Origin: Sunxiuqinia sp.
GTDB lineage: Bacteria > Bacteroidota > Bacteroidia > Bacteroidales > Prolixibacteraceae
Assembly: GCA_965230765.1 (NCBI GenBank)
Contig: CBDDLR010000001.1
Location: 2,696,515 to 2,760,514 of the forward strand
DNA length: 64,000 nt
Direction: 5' to 3'
The translations under genes were made by a program, and so were the position numbers. The notes beneath the pieces were generated by a model. That model was not told the origin of the DNA and did no database searches. It saw only the letters and a program-made list of their open reading frames with translations. Shown piece by piece: positions 49,164 through 59,610 of the stretch (the first letter of the stretch is position 1; every line of letters begins with the position of its first letter).

Positions 49164-50345
49164 TTATTTAATCTCTTTTGTATATGAATCAATCACCTCA
49201 AATACTTTATGGTCTGATTCGTAAACTTTTTTAAATATCTCCCGTGACTTCTCAAAGTTGTCTTTAGAGTTTTTAAAAGCCTCTTTGTCATATTGAATCA
49301 CAGCTGTATAAAAATATATGTTACCATCTACTTTATTGTCAGTTTGGTATTTATCATGTTGTGATGCCAAGAAAGTTAGTAATTCATCAATCTTTTCATT
49401 ATTCCAATACATTTTCATTAAATCCTGATATATCGTTGGATTTCCTGGTGCAATTGAAAAAAACTGATTTGTCCTATCAAGATAGTTTTCCTTGTCTAAA
49501 GAAATCTCCAAATCAAGTAGAGGTTTTAATGTATAATAATCATTAGGTTGAATTTTATCTGCTTGTTTATAAAAGTCAATTGAGTTATCGAAATCCTCAA
49601 GTTCTCGATACATAACTGCAATCATTCTAGCAGCATCCGCTTTATACTGAGGATAATCATACAAATTCATTGCTACTTTAGCACTCTCAATCCCTTTTTC
49701 TCGCTGGTCGTCATACAAATATGCATATGCAAGGTTATAATAACTTGATGGGTAATCTTTTTTTAATTCTGTCGATTTTTCCAAATAAGGTATCGCGGAC
49801 TTATAATCTTGTTGCATTAAATATGCATATCCTAATCCATATGCCGACCAGTAATCATAAATCCCGTTGTCATAAGCAATCTTGTAATTATCAAAGAATC
49901 GCTTTATCACAATTGAATCAGGCTCTAACCAGTTCTGCTGATATTTTAAATGTACCTCATGATAATAATAGCCAAGTGATTTTCTCAAATTGTAGTTGTC
50001 AGGGTATTTGTAAATTAGAGGATTTAAAATAGAATCGGGCGCAAAAGTAAACATTGCAAAACTTCCATTACTTCCACGAATATCCATAACATCTTGGTCT
50101 TGCTCTAAATCTGTTAATGCGAACATTTTATGCATTATACTAGTAACAAAGTATTTTAAATACAAGTCCGTTTTGGCAATGACAATATCTGGATTTTCAT
50201 TTCTCGGGTCTGCATCATTTAATACTTTAATTGCAGATTCATACTTTTTATTCTCAATCAGCTTATTCGCATCTACAATTGCATCATTCTGAGCAAATGT
50301 TATCCCGAAGGTGAAAATTAAAATCAGTGTAAATGTTTGTTTCAT
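49164..50345 (-). CDS. Secreted TPR protein (cassette)
   Basis: Probable start MKQTF at 50345; YGLGYAYL, YYNLAYAY TPR patterns. Confidence 0.72.
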   Translation of the reverse strand: MKQTFTLILIFTFGITFAQNDAIVDANKLIENKKYESAIKVLNDADPRNENPDIVIAKTDLYLKYFVTSIMHKMFALTDLEQDQDVMDIRGSNGSFAMFTFAPDSILNPLIYKYPDNYNLRKSLGYYYHEVHLKYQQNWLEPDSIVIKRFFDNYKIAYDNGIYDYWSAYGLGYAYLMQQDYKSAIPYLEKSTELKKDYPSSYYNLAYAYLYDDQREKGIESAKVAMNLYDYPQYKADAARMIAVMYRELEDFDNSIDFYKQADKIQPNDYYTLKPLLDLEISLDKENYLDRTNQFFSIAPGNPTIYQDLMKMYWNNEKIDELLTFLASQHDKYQTDNKVDGNIYFYTAVIQYDKEAFKNSKDNFEKSREIFKKVYESDHKVFEVIDSYTKEIK

Positions 50346-50368
50346 GTTATTTCGATTCTGTTTATGTT

Positions 50369-50500
50369 GCACAACGGTGGCGGTATGAAATGTTGCGCAT
50401 TTCGAAGCACAAACTTATCAGCCCACTAAGTCGTTGATTAAATGTTATTTCGTTTAAATTTAGCACAATCTGCGCAATGTTTTATGACCGCGTGTTAGGC
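50369..50500 (-). repeat. attC-like site 14 (family E, unique)
   Basis: GTTGCACAAC(50375)...G(50494)TTAGGCATA; arms GCGGTATGAAATGTTGCGCA / TGCGCAATGTTTTATGACCGC. Confidence 0.8.
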
Positions 50501-50507
50501 ATAGTAC

Positions 50508-51878
50508 TTATTTTAGAATTTTCAGAAATGGGAAAAAGATATTTAAAGCAAGACCTCCAATTATAATTATTAAGAATACACTGATAATTCCTGATTTAAG
50601 ACCAAACCGTGGTAAAAGATTTTTTAATGAAAAACTTCTCACTTTAGGTTCTGGAGGATTCCATTCTGGTAATATATTTTTAGGTATTGTAACTTCTAAA
50701 TCACCAATTACTAATAGGGGTACTAAAAATTCAAATTCAAGCTGGTCATTTTGTTGTTCTAGACCAAGTAATTTCCGTCTTGACCCTAAATTATCAGTCC
50801 AAAGTCGAAAATAATATTTTCTATCCCAAATATTTAATCTGTTAAATTCATTGTATTTGCGGAGAATTGCAGTCTTTTCTGTACTAAGGTTTTTTGATGA
50901 TATGCTGTCAGAAAGTTCAAATGTGCTAAAATATAACGGTTCTGCAGAACCAGCAAAAGTATTTATATTTATTTCCTTTTTTCTGGGCACTTTAGGGTTA
51001 TAGTGCTTACAAAAAATACCTCCTACAGCAATCATTGGTTTTGGTGACTTAATATTTTCGTGTTTTATATACCATGGAGATGCGTTTGGATTAATCTCAA
51101 AAGAAATGGTCAAATCTCGATAAAATTGGTCATCATTCTCATCGAGATGTGGAAATTCATTGATACTAACCAGTCCTCTCCCTGCACCATACCAAGCAGC
51201 GGGAAAAAGCTTCATATTTCTCTCTTCTTCTGTTGGCTTAATAATATCTTTGTTAGATGTTGGAGAAATCTTAACTAAAACGTTAAATGTTGTTAACCAT
51301 AAATCAATTAAAAGTGTTTTAGAAACTGCATTTCCTGTCAAAGTATCAATTTCGATTATTTGCTTTTGGTATGTCTTATATGGCTTATTTTCTTTGTCCT
51401 TACTTTTTGAGAAAAGTCTCTTAAAACTACTTTCTTCCGGAGTGTAATATTCTACGGGACCAACTGTAACATTAACGTTTGGTAGTCCATAATATTCATG
51501 ATCAGGGTCAAATCCTATTTCATTACAATCATATCTGTAAACATTGCAATTTTCAAAACCTTTCTCACCTCTATGAGATTTATTAAAAAATTTTCTATTA
51601 AAATACTTAATACCAGCTATCTTCACTTCGGCTCCTTCAAAGTTTGTTATCTTGCAAACATCAAAGTCTCCCATTTCTCCAGTAAATTCAAGTTGAAATT
51701 CTTGAGATAATTCTTTCGTTACCTTATTATATTCCCTTTTTACCGAATCCTGATATTCGGAAAGGTATAATATATAGTTTGGATTATCTTTCTTCTTTGA
51801 AAGGTTGTCAAAGTCTCGAAACATACCAATTAACCAAATAATTGATAATGGGATAATAATAAAATAACTTTTTTTCAT
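50508..51878 (-). CDS. Hypothetical membrane-anchored protein (N- and C-terminal TM)
   Basis: 456 aa; hydrophobic ends. Confidence 0.6.
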   Translation of the reverse strand: MKKSYFIIIPLSIIWLIGMFRDFDNLSKKKDNPNYILYLSEYQDSVKREYNKVTKELSQEFQLEFTGEMGDFDVCKITNFEGAEVKIAGIKYFNRKFFNKSHRGEKGFENCNVYRYDCNEIGFDPDHEYYGLPNVNVTVGPVEYYTPEESSFKRLFSKSKDKENKPYKTYQKQIIEIDTLTGNAVSKTLLIDLWLTTFNVLVKISPTSNKDIIKPTEEERNMKLFPAAWYGAGRGLVSINEFPHLDENDDQFYRDLTISFEINPNASPWYIKHENIKSPKPMIAVGGIFCKHYNPKVPRKKEININTFAGSAEPLYFSTFELSDSISSKNLSTEKTAILRKYNEFNRLNIWDRKYYFRLWTDNLGSRRKLLGLEQQNDQLEFEFLVPLLVIGDLEVTIPKNILPEWNPPEPKVRSFSLKNLLPRFGLKSGIISVFLIIIIGGLALNIFFPFLKILK

Positions 51879-51907
51879 TTTGATTAGGTTTAGTTTATCT
51901 TAAAATC

Positions 51908-52351
51908 TTAGATTAATCTTCTCACTCCAAGAATTCTGTTTTTATCATAAGGGCTTATATTTACTTCATCAGATTGGTTACCCCCTAAAATATAAACATA
52001 ATTTTCATCTAAGCCAGCAAATAACCCAACATGTCCAGGTGCATCAATAATTTCAGGTCCTGGCTGTTCACCTTGCCCTCGCTTAAGAATGACGACATCA
52101 TTTTCTGGTTTTGCTGAATCAAGTTTAATTACTTGACCTACTTTGAGCCAAGAACGAGCTCTCAAAGATTTTGAACGAGGCAATCTTAATTGCCAAGCAA
52201 TATAATTAATAAACGCTGAACACCATGGAACATGGTCTCCCTCTGGCCAAGAACTATCTAATTTCAGCATTTTTAATATTGTCTCATTTGAAGCTATTCC
52301 TTCAACTTCTTCTAATCCAATATATCGGCTTGCAAGTTCATATAGTTTCAT
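51908..52351 (-). CDS. TIGR02594-family protein (NlpC/P60-like Cys-His hydrolase)
   Basis: VPWCSAFIN, RARSWL, GHVGLFAG, LGGNQSDEV. Confidence 0.8.
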   Translation of the reverse strand: MKLYELASRYIGLEEVEGIASNETILKMLKLDSSWPEGDHVPWCSAFINYIAWQLRLPRSKSLRARSWLKVGQVIKLDSAKPENDVVILKRGQGEQPGPEIIDAPGHVGLFAGLDENYVYILGGNQSDEVNISPYDKNRILGVRRLI

Positions 52352-52430
52352 ATTTTTTTGAATTAAAATTATTAAACCTTAACTAAATTTTCACCTTTTC
52401 TATTTGTAGTTTCATCTCGGCGTGTATTAT

Positions 52431-52562
52431 GCCTAACGGTTGGTGTAAGTTTTTGTAGCGGATTCAGAGCGATCGTCAGCGTCTGTTAGGACGGGACGTT
52501 CGAAAAAGAATTCGCTGCCAGGGCTGCACCAACCCCGCTATAAAATTTACACTTTGTTACCG
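52431..52562 (-). repeat. attC-like site 15 (family C)
   Basis: TATGCCTAAC(52437)...G(52556)TTACCGCCA. Confidence 0.82.
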
Positions 52563-52610
52563 CCAGTATTTTCATTATAGTCGTTAGTCTTTTATCGTTT
52601 ACAATCAGTT

Positions 52611-53444
52611 TTAGTAATTAAAATATAAAAATCTAATAAGTTCTCCTGTTTGAGTGTCAATACAAACGAGAACATCGTCAAATCTGGATAGGACTTCCCA
52701 GCATTCTCTTAATTCTAATTTATTCTCGAGTTTATAGGGAACAAGAATTTTATTGAATTTATCTGAATCATCAATGTTTATGTCTAGCGGCATTAATTCA
52801 TTGTAATTTTCGACAATATAATTGATTGCAATTTCAAAAGCTTTCTTAGCGTTTATTATTTCATTCTTTGGGACAAAAGCTTCTCTAAACCAGTTTCCTG
52901 ATATTTCAAGAACTGATTCCTTCTGATTAAAATGAAAAATAATAGGAGCATTTATAATACGGTAGTTTCCTAATTGTTCCTGTTCCAAATAAAACTCTAA
53001 TTTATTTGCCCATAATTCATGGTCAAAATAATCATCCAATGAAGAGTAATATCCACTTGATAGACGTATGTAAATTTGCTCATTAAATAAAATGTCTTTA
53101 GATTTCTCAATACCTAAATAATCTTTGTAATAGGAAACAAAATCAGAGATGTTTTTTATAATAAAATCTTTATCTATTTCATTTATAAAATCAATCGGGA
53201 TTTTCCCATGAACAAATCCAAATTGGTTTATCACTAGATTCTCATGTTGATTGATTAAATTAAATTGTTCTATTTTTTCTTTTATTTCTGTTTTATTTAA
53301 ACTATAAATCGTAAATGGATAATTAATATCAGGAAGAGGAATTTCGTCTTTGTTTTTTCTGCATGCTTGTCCTAAAATCAATAAAATTGAAAGTATTGGA
53401 ATAAGATATTTTTTTATAATTGTCATCATTTTATCTTCATTCAA
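52611..53444 (-). CDS. Hypothetical lipoprotein (cassette)
   Basis: ILGQAC lipobox; PepSY-like end (CIDTQTGE). Confidence 0.6.
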   Translation of the reverse strand: MNEDKMMTIIKKYLIPILSILLILGQACRKNKDEIPLPDINYPFTIYSLNKTEIKEKIEQFNLINQHENLVINQFGFVHGKIPIDFINEIDKDFIIKNISDFVSYYKDYLGIEKSKDILFNEQIYIRLSSGYYSSLDDYFDHELWANKLEFYLEQEQLGNYRIINAPIIFHFNQKESVLEISGNWFREAFVPKNEIINAKKAFEIAINYIVENYNELMPLDINIDDSDKFNKILVPYKLENKLELRECWEVLSRFDDVLVCIDTQTGELIRFLYFNY

Positions 53445-53448
53445 TTGG

Positions 53449-53581
53449 CGGTAACGGTTGGTGTAAGTTTTTGTAGCGGATTCAAGGCGATCGTCAGCGT
53501 CCGGTAGGACGGGACGGTCAATAGAGAATCCGCCGCCAGCGATGCCACCAAAACCGCTATTAAATTTACACTGTGTTGTGT
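53449..53581 (-). repeat. attC-like site 16 (family C)
   Basis: TGGCGGTAAC(53455)...G(53575)TTGTGTTTA. Confidence 0.82.
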
Positions 53582-53624
53582 TTAGTTTTTTATTTAAATC
53601 TATTCAAAGTCAGTTAATTATTTA

Positions 53625-54179
53625 TCAAATCCATGCTGTTCCATTTGCTACTAAATATATCAATCCCCACCATAGCCCATGATAAATTATTCCAATGATA
53701 GCTGATTTTATCAAATCGAGTTTAAATAATCTATAAAATCCAAGTATCTCAATTGCCAACCCTACAATAATCCCAATATTTGAAAGGCTTGGAACAGCCG
53801 AAACTATTAATCCAATCGTTGCAAAAGTCTCAATCTGTTTAGCCTTTAACACATTATCAAGTTCAGTTTTTAAAATCGGTGTGGCAATATATCGTAGGTA
53901 CAAATGAAGTATCGCTCCTTTAAAATGAACAATTAGTAATCCAAAAAGCGGCGTAATCAATAATCCAATTGCGATATATAACAAGTACATCCAAGGTTCA
54001 TAGAAATTGTTAGTCTGGTTTAATGTTCTAACAATCACAGTAAATCCTGATAATACTGATGCCACAAAAACTAAACTTTTGTCATTGTCAAGATTGTCAA
54101 TTGGCTTGTAAAATGGATTTCTTATAAAATCGTAAATTATTATCAGCGAATCGTTTACCCTCTCTTTAAAATTGTTCAT
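53625..54179 (-). CDS. Hypothetical multi-pass membrane protein (cassette)
   Basis: 184 aa, about 5 hydrophobic segments. Confidence 0.6.
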   Translation of the reverse strand: MNNFKERVNDSLIIIYDFIRNPFYKPIDNLDNDKSLVFVASVLSGFTVIVRTLNQTNNFYEPWMYLLYIAIGLLITPLFGLLIVHFKGAILHLYLRYIATPILKTELDNVLKAKQIETFATIGLIVSAVPSLSNIGIIVGLAIEILGFYRLFKLDLIKSAIIGIIYHGLWWGLIYLVANGTAWI

Positions 54180-54256
54180 TAATCAATTTTTTTGTTTAAT
54201 AAATCTTTAATCATATATCTTTATTTAAATCATGTTTGCTCGTTTTCCAAAATTAA

Positions 54257-54388
54257 ACACAACGTTCAGTTGTATGTGGTCGGGCGGGATTTCGTGCAGA
54301 AATCCAGTCAGACCCGCAGGAAAGTGGGCGCTAGGTCTGACTTGTCAGACCGCCAAGCACCCCGCCTGCCATATACAATTTGTTAACG
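54257..54388 (-). repeat. attC-like site 17 (family A)
   Basis: TAAACACAAC(54263)...G(54382)TTAACGCC. Confidence 0.85.
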
Positions 54389-54407
54389 CCTGGTTTTTTC
54401 TTTTTTA

Positions 54408-55073
54408 TCATTGTATCATTACTAAAAATCCATTTTTTCTAAATTTTGATAGTTTAAATTTTGATGGTTTATTTCTTTCAAAAATATAGTCATTGTCGTT
54501 TAAAGAGTAATACTTTACTTTGTCTGGTTCATATTTGTTTGGAACGATTTTTATGAATTTCCCTAATTGAATATCAGAACAAAAATGTATTACATAATTG
54601 TCCAAAAACACAATAAAATTATTGACAATACCCTTAATTTGTTTAATCTGCTTCAAAAATATTGTGAATTCTAAATCTCCATCTTTAATTGTCAATTTCG
54701 ATTTTTCTTGGAAATAGATTTTTTTGAATGGTAGTAAATATTCGTTTATGGTCTGAATACTGTTTTCGCTATCCAGAACTTTTATTTTACGATAAAATTT
54801 TGAAAAGAAAATAATTAACTCCAAGGCGATGCTTTGTGCATCTTCATTCTGGTAGTTAAAAGAATAAACTTTTTTGTTGAAGTCATTTTCGTGATTTTTT
54901 TTCTTGGCTTCAAATATTTCTGTAATTACTAAAACAGAATAACTAAAATCAAATCCGGGATTAGAGATTTGCTTTAAAACAGATTTCTCAGTTTTGTCAT
55001 ACTTTTTATATTCTCGCAGAAACTCTGCACGAGAAACAACAAAGGAGATATTCTTATGTACTATTATTGGCAT
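54408..55073 (-). CDS. Hypothetical protein (second gene of a two-gene cassette)
   Basis: 221 aa ORF. Confidence 0.55.
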   Translation of the reverse strand: MPIIVHKNISFVVSRAEFLREYKKYDKTEKSVLKQISNPGFDFSYSVLVITEIFEAKKKNHENDFNKKVYSFNYQNEDAQSIALELIIFFSKFYRKIKVLDSENSIQTINEYLLPFKKIYFQEKSKLTIKDGDLEFTIFLKQIKQIKGIVNNFIVFLDNYVIHFCSDIQLGKFIKIVPNKYEPDKVKYYSLNDNDYIFERNKPSKFKLSKFRKNGFLVMIQ

Positions 55074-55099
55074 TAAATTATTTTAGTGTTTTCGTTGTT

Positions 55100-55570
55100 T
55101 TAGTTGACTTCCCACTCATTATATTTTTTCAACTCTTCAATGAATTCCTTGCCAGTAATTTTTAAATGGTTTTCAATGAATTTTTTTCTTTTGTCCATTG
55201 GAATAGTGACGAGGAGATTATAAATACCTTCACATATTTCATCATACCTTTCCTGCATTTGAGAAACACTATTGTTAATATCGGCTTGTAAAACTTCTCT
55301 AATGTATGGCTCGGCATTTTCCGCAAATTCTTTTTTGTTTTTTTCAATGTAGTTTTCCAAGTTTAACTGCATTGTTTCAGTACGGACATCAACAAATTTT
55401 TTTAATTCGTCAATGCTGAATATTTCCATAAATGACTTCATCTTTTCATTAATGTTGTCTTGGGATTTTAGGCGTTGTTTTATTACAGTATTTGACCAAA
55501 CTACAAAAGTTATTAAAATCAAGTACAGTATAATTTGGGCAATTGCGATTATGATTTGGTTATCAGTCAT
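55100..55570 (-). CDS. Hypothetical protein with N-terminal TM (first gene of a two-gene cassette)
   Basis: 156 aa; hydrophobic N-terminus, helical remainder. Confidence 0.6.
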   Translation of the reverse strand: MTDNQIIIAIAQIILYLILITFVVWSNTVIKQRLKSQDNINEKMKSFMEIFSIDELKKFVDVRTETMQLNLENYIEKNKKEFAENAEPYIREVLQADINNSVSQMQERYDEICEGIYNLLVTIPMDKRKKFIENHLKITGKEFIEELKKYNEWEVN

Positions 55571-55601
55571 TTTGTATCTGTTTATTCGTCTTTAAACTTG
55601 G

Positions 55602-55733
55602 CGTTAACGTTCAGTTGTATGTGGTCGGGCGGGATTTCGTGCAGAAATCCAGTCAGACCGGTAGGAGAGTAGCCGGAAGGTTTGACTTGTTAAACCGATA
55701 AATGCCCCGCCTGCCATATACAATTTGTTAGCG
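55602..55733 (-). repeat. attC-like site 18 (family A)
   Basis: GGCGTTAAC(55608)...G(55727)TTAGCGCG. Confidence 0.85.
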
Positions 55734-55738
55734 CGTCG

Positions 55739-56245
55739 TTATTTTTCTTTTTTATTAATTCTCAATAGTCGTAAAATAAAGTTTATGTTGGTAATCATTA
55801 AGTATCCAAGTAAAATATTTAATCCATTTACAATCCAATTCCAATTGAAATTTGAAGTCATATTTTGTGAATTTATATCCGAATAAAATGCACTAAAGGT
55901 TTGATTTATAAAAATTGGAATGTTGTCAATAATTAAAAAGCCTCCAATTATGAAGATTGCAATTTTTACAATCTCAGTTGTGGACAAATTTCCCAATTCA
56001 ATTTTGTCATTGTCAAAACCTTTTTCGAGTTTTAGTATCCTAACAACATGATGAGATTTAAAAATCAAAAAAATAAAAAGTGCAATGAGTATTCCTAAAA
56101 TCATCACCAAATAAATAATGGATATAAGCCCAATTTCCATAAAAACAAAGGAAAAATTACTTGGCAATGTGACAAATAATGCAGTGATTATCGAGTAAAG
56201 TCCAAAGAGTTTTATTATCAGAATAAAGAAGTCCTTTTTAGTCAT
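55739..56245 (-). CDS. Hypothetical 4-TM membrane protein (cassette)
   Basis: 168 aa, hydrophobic. Confidence 0.6.
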   Translation of the reverse strand: MTKKDFFILIIKLFGLYSIITALFVTLPSNFSFVFMEIGLISIIYLVMILGILIALFIFLIFKSHHVVRILKLEKGFDNDKIELGNLSTTEIVKIAIFIIGGFLIIDNIPIFINQTFSAFYSDINSQNMTSNFNWNWIVNGLNILLGYLMITNINFILRLLRINKKEK

Positions 56246-56445
56246 AAATCTGGTTTTATTGTTTGTAATTCTGACTAACGTTAAAGTTAGTCTTTGATTA
56301 TCAGTGTTTTATATTTTGCTCAAAATTGTCATTTTCTTTACATTTTTGCTACCCACTTTACGTTAGCAACCGGATTTAATATGCTCTGGAAAAATAGATA
56401 ATTTACTTTTAAATCTATTTCGGAAGTGCTTATGTGGGGAATGCG

Positions 56446-56577
56446 CGCTAACGGTCACTTGTATGTGGTCGGGCGGGATTTCGAAGAGAAATCCTGTCAG
56501 ACCCGCAGGAAAGTGGGTGAAAGATCTGACTTGTCAGACCGCCAAGCACCCCGCCTGCCATATACAATTTGTTACCA
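56446..56577 (-). repeat. attC-like site 19 (family A)
   Basis: CGCGCTAAC(56452)...G(56571)TTACCAGTA. Confidence 0.85.
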
Positions 56578-56581
56578 GTAG

Positions 56582-57217
56582 TTATTTATTTTTTAAACAC
56601 TTTATAATTTCTTTATTTTCTTTTTCGCTAAACTGAAAATCTTCGATTTGAAATTCGCTTAAAACTGGATAAGTTTTGTTCAATTTGGCAAAAGACATGC
56701 TGTAATAAGCAATTACCAAGTCATTTCCTTTTTCAGATTCGACTGTTTTTATTGCATCGTTAAGCTTGCTTTCTGTCCATCCATTGTCCAGGTAAAGCTT
56801 TTTCTTGAGATTAAATTCAGATTTTGTTTTATTTATTTTTTTCTTGTCCTGCGAAAGTGTGTAAGTTGTTTTTGATGGCATCCCACATTCAATATCTGCA
56901 TTTTCTTTCCCGTCGGAATCCAAGAAATATGCAACAATTGTTGTGTCATTAGGGTATTCAAATTTAATCCATACACTCAAATAGCACAAATGGCTATATT
57001 TTAAACTCCCATCTTTATAAAATTTGAGTTCAGTCACTCTCCCATTATTATCTATAGTTTCCTCTACGTATTTTTTTGGTAAATTATTCTTGTCAACATT
57101 CCATTCTTTTACATGTATATCTGATGCGGTATTGTAGTACTCATGAAATATTATTTTTTGTCCATAACAATTAATATTTAAGAAGAGTAGGATGAATAAG
57201 ATTAGTCTAAGTTTCAT
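56582..57217 (-). CDS. Hypothetical secreted protein (cassette)
   Basis: 211 aa with signal peptide. Confidence 0.6.
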   Translation of the reverse strand: MKLRLILFILLFLNINCYGQKIIFHEYYNTASDIHVKEWNVDKNNLPKKYVEETIDNNGRVTELKFYKDGSLKYSHLCYLSVWIKFEYPNDTTIVAYFLDSDGKENADIECGMPSKTTYTLSQDKKKINKTKSEFNLKKKLYLDNGWTESKLNDAIKTVESEKGNDLVIAYYSMSFAKLNKTYPVLSEFQIEDFQFSEKENKEIIKCLKNK

Positions 57218-57233
57218 GTCTTTTTATAATTAC

Positions 57234-57366
57234 TGGTAACGTTCAGTTGTATGTGGTCGGGCGGGATTTCGTGCAGAAATCCTGTCAGACCGGTAGGAGA
57301 GTAGCTGGAAGGTTTGACATGTCAAACCGATAAATGCCCCGCCTGCCATATTACAATTTGTTATGG
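57234..57366 (-). repeat. attC-like site 20 (family A)
   Basis: TACTGGTAAC(57240)...G(57360)TTATGGTTT. Confidence 0.85.
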
Positions 57367-57825
57367 TTTGTTTTTTCGTTATCATCTTTTTCAAGTACCG
57401 ATGAAATGGGAACGTACCTTTCAAACGGTGAGCAGCTTTCTGGTTTTTAAATATTTTTCAAAAAGCTGCTTAAACTACACTTTGTTTCAAACTTCGTTCC
57501 TTCACTCCCGTCAAAAAAGATTGGGGTGCGAAGGATGTTTATAATGCAGTGTCAAGTTTTTGCTTTCTTGTCAGACCAGGAAAACAAGCGGACTGGTCAA
57601 AAAGCAAAACTTTATCAACTTGTAACATTCCAGTCAGAAAAGCACGGACACGTACCAACTTGTCAGGTAACCTTTCCTCTGCGAATCCCTCTCAATCAAA
57701 CTCTGGTGGGTTGGGGTGTCAATTTGAACACTTGGTTTTAAAAATAATTATTTCAAAGAAGAATCGGAAGTGTCCAATTTAGAGAATCGTTCTAAATAAT
57801 CAGTTTTTTAGAAATAAACCATAAC
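57361..57825. other. ORF-less cassette cargo Y, copy 2
   Basis: Close copy of 45415-45877. Confidence 0.7.
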
Positions 57826-57951
57826 GGTCACTTGTAAGTTGTCGTTGCGGATTATGGTGAGCGTCAGCGTCCGGTAGGACCTGACTGCGATACGAGAATC
57901 CGGCGAACAACGCTGCACTACACCCGCAATGCAATTTACAATTTGTTATGT
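57819..57951 (-). repeat. attC-like site 21 (family C)
   Basis: AAACCATAAC(57825)...G(57945)TTATGTAGC. Confidence 0.82.
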
Positions 57952-57968
57952 AGCGATTTTTTATGTTT

Positions 57969-59051
57969 CTATTCCATATATCCATTTAAATATAAAACTG
58001 TTACAGTAATAAGTGGTATTATAAATGTCAAAATCCATACGAAAAGGAACAAAACTTTTCCTCCTATTTTTATGTCTTTAGTCGGTTGTCTTTGAACCAC
58101 TTGTTTCATTACATCAATTATGCGATTCTCAGCAGGAATTGGGCGATATCGTTTAGGTTCCACCATATTTGAAATAACTTTAATATTTACCGCTATTTCA
58201 TCTCGAAGTGTCCAATATTCCTCATTTGATAACTCGTTAAAGTCTCTGTCAATGTTAAATCCTTTATTTTTGATATAAGTTTTGAAATTCCTCATTTCTG
58301 TCTGGTTTTTTATTTGCATGAAAAGAAAAAATGGAATTACCAATAAAATGTAAGATTCCAGTTTTAATGCAATCAGACTTATGATGATTATCGAAATCCA
58401 GACGAATACAATATTTATCTTATCGTTGTTTTGGAAAAACATGTTTTTTATAATTTGTCCTCCGTCTAAAGGCAATACTGGCAAAAGATTAAATAAATTT
58501 AGAAATATAAATATTGCCCCAGTTTTCCATAAAAAATCGTTTTCGTTTACCAAGCTTAGGGCTATTAAACCAGAGCCTATTAATACTCCTGGCAATGGTC
58601 CTGCAAGTGAGTTTATTGTTTTTTGTTTTTGAGAAATTTCATCTTTTTGTCCAGATGCAAGTGCTCCGATTAATGGTATGAAAAAAATACTCAAGTCTTT
58701 GTATTTGTAAAATCTCATTGCCAAGAAATGACCGAGTTCATGAATTAAAATGACTCCTGTAAGTATGAGTATATATTGTAAGTCCCATTTAAAAATGAAG
58801 TAAAAGGCTGCGATAAATAATACAAAACTGATTAAGGATTTTTTTGTCGATTGTTTCCTTTCGTCTGGAATTGGTTTTTCTGGGAACTCAGGTTCAACAT
58901 TAAAAGATTGATTTTTCTTTCTTTTCTTTATTTCGTTTTCGGCTTCCAATAATGCATCACTTTCCAAACTGTCAGGATTTTCTTTCAGAATTTCCTCCAG
59001 TTGAGCATCTGTTTTCATGTCCATTATTTTCTCCCAATTATATGCTGCCAT
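57969..59051 (-). CDS. Site-2 protease (M50) family metalloprotease (cassette)
   Basis: IHELGH, LAGPLPG, NLFNLLPVLPLDGG. Confidence 0.88.
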   Translation of the reverse strand: MAAYNWEKIMDMKTDAQLEEILKENPDSLESDALLEAENEIKKRKKNQSFNVEPEFPEKPIPDERKQSTKKSLISFVLFIAAFYFIFKWDLQYILILTGVILIHELGHFLAMRFYKYKDLSIFFIPLIGALASGQKDEISQKQKTINSLAGPLPGVLIGSGLIALSLVNENDFLWKTGAIFIFLNLFNLLPVLPLDGGQIIKNMFFQNNDKINIVFVWISIIIISLIALKLESYILLVIPFFLFMQIKNQTEMRNFKTYIKNKGFNIDRDFNELSNEEYWTLRDEIAVNIKVISNMVEPKRYRPIPAENRIIDVMKQVVQRQPTKDIKIGGKVLFLFVWILTFIIPLITVTVLYLNGYME

Positions 59052-59070
59052 GTTCTTCTTTTAAATTGCT

Positions 59071-59203
59071 ACATAACGGCCGCGGATATGTTGCGGCGGG
59101 GTTTTATTTGCACTAAAGTTTCATATATTTTTTAAAATTATGTATTGTATTGTTAAAATCAAATAGCACCAAACACCCCGCTGAAATATAAACGATGTTA
59201 TGG
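59071..59203 (-). repeat. attC-like site 22 (family D, same as site 10)
   Basis: GCTACATAAC(59077)...G(59197)TTATGGTTA. Confidence 0.82.
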
Positions 59204-59610
59204 TTAGGCAGGGCAATACGGGCGTGCTCAGTCATTGTAACAAAACCAGCCTGGCAGTTTGTTTGCCCCTCCCAAGTGATGTGCCAAGTTTGCAAAACCA
59301 GTTGTTGCTTACCGCTGTCCCTGTTTGGTGTTGTTTGCCTTTCCTTAATTTACATATCTTTAAGCAACAATACCTGTCCCAGGTTACCCGTTCAGGTAGG
59401 GGCAAACATGGCGCAGGAGTTGATTAACCGCAAACAAGGTGACAGGCTGTAGATGCTTTTGGGCGTGATTTTATGAAAATTGCTTTCCAATGACCACTAG
59501 TCAGGTAGATGTATTACCTGAAACTATGTTCCACTTTCACAAGTGCCATTTACAAAAACCAAGCTTTTAAAGAACGCTTTTTTTAATAAACTGAAATGCT
59601 TAACCATAAC
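59198..59610. other. ORF-less cassette cargo X
   Basis: Near-identical to 44675-45078; flanks GTTATGGTTA / TAACCATAAC. Confidence 0.7.
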
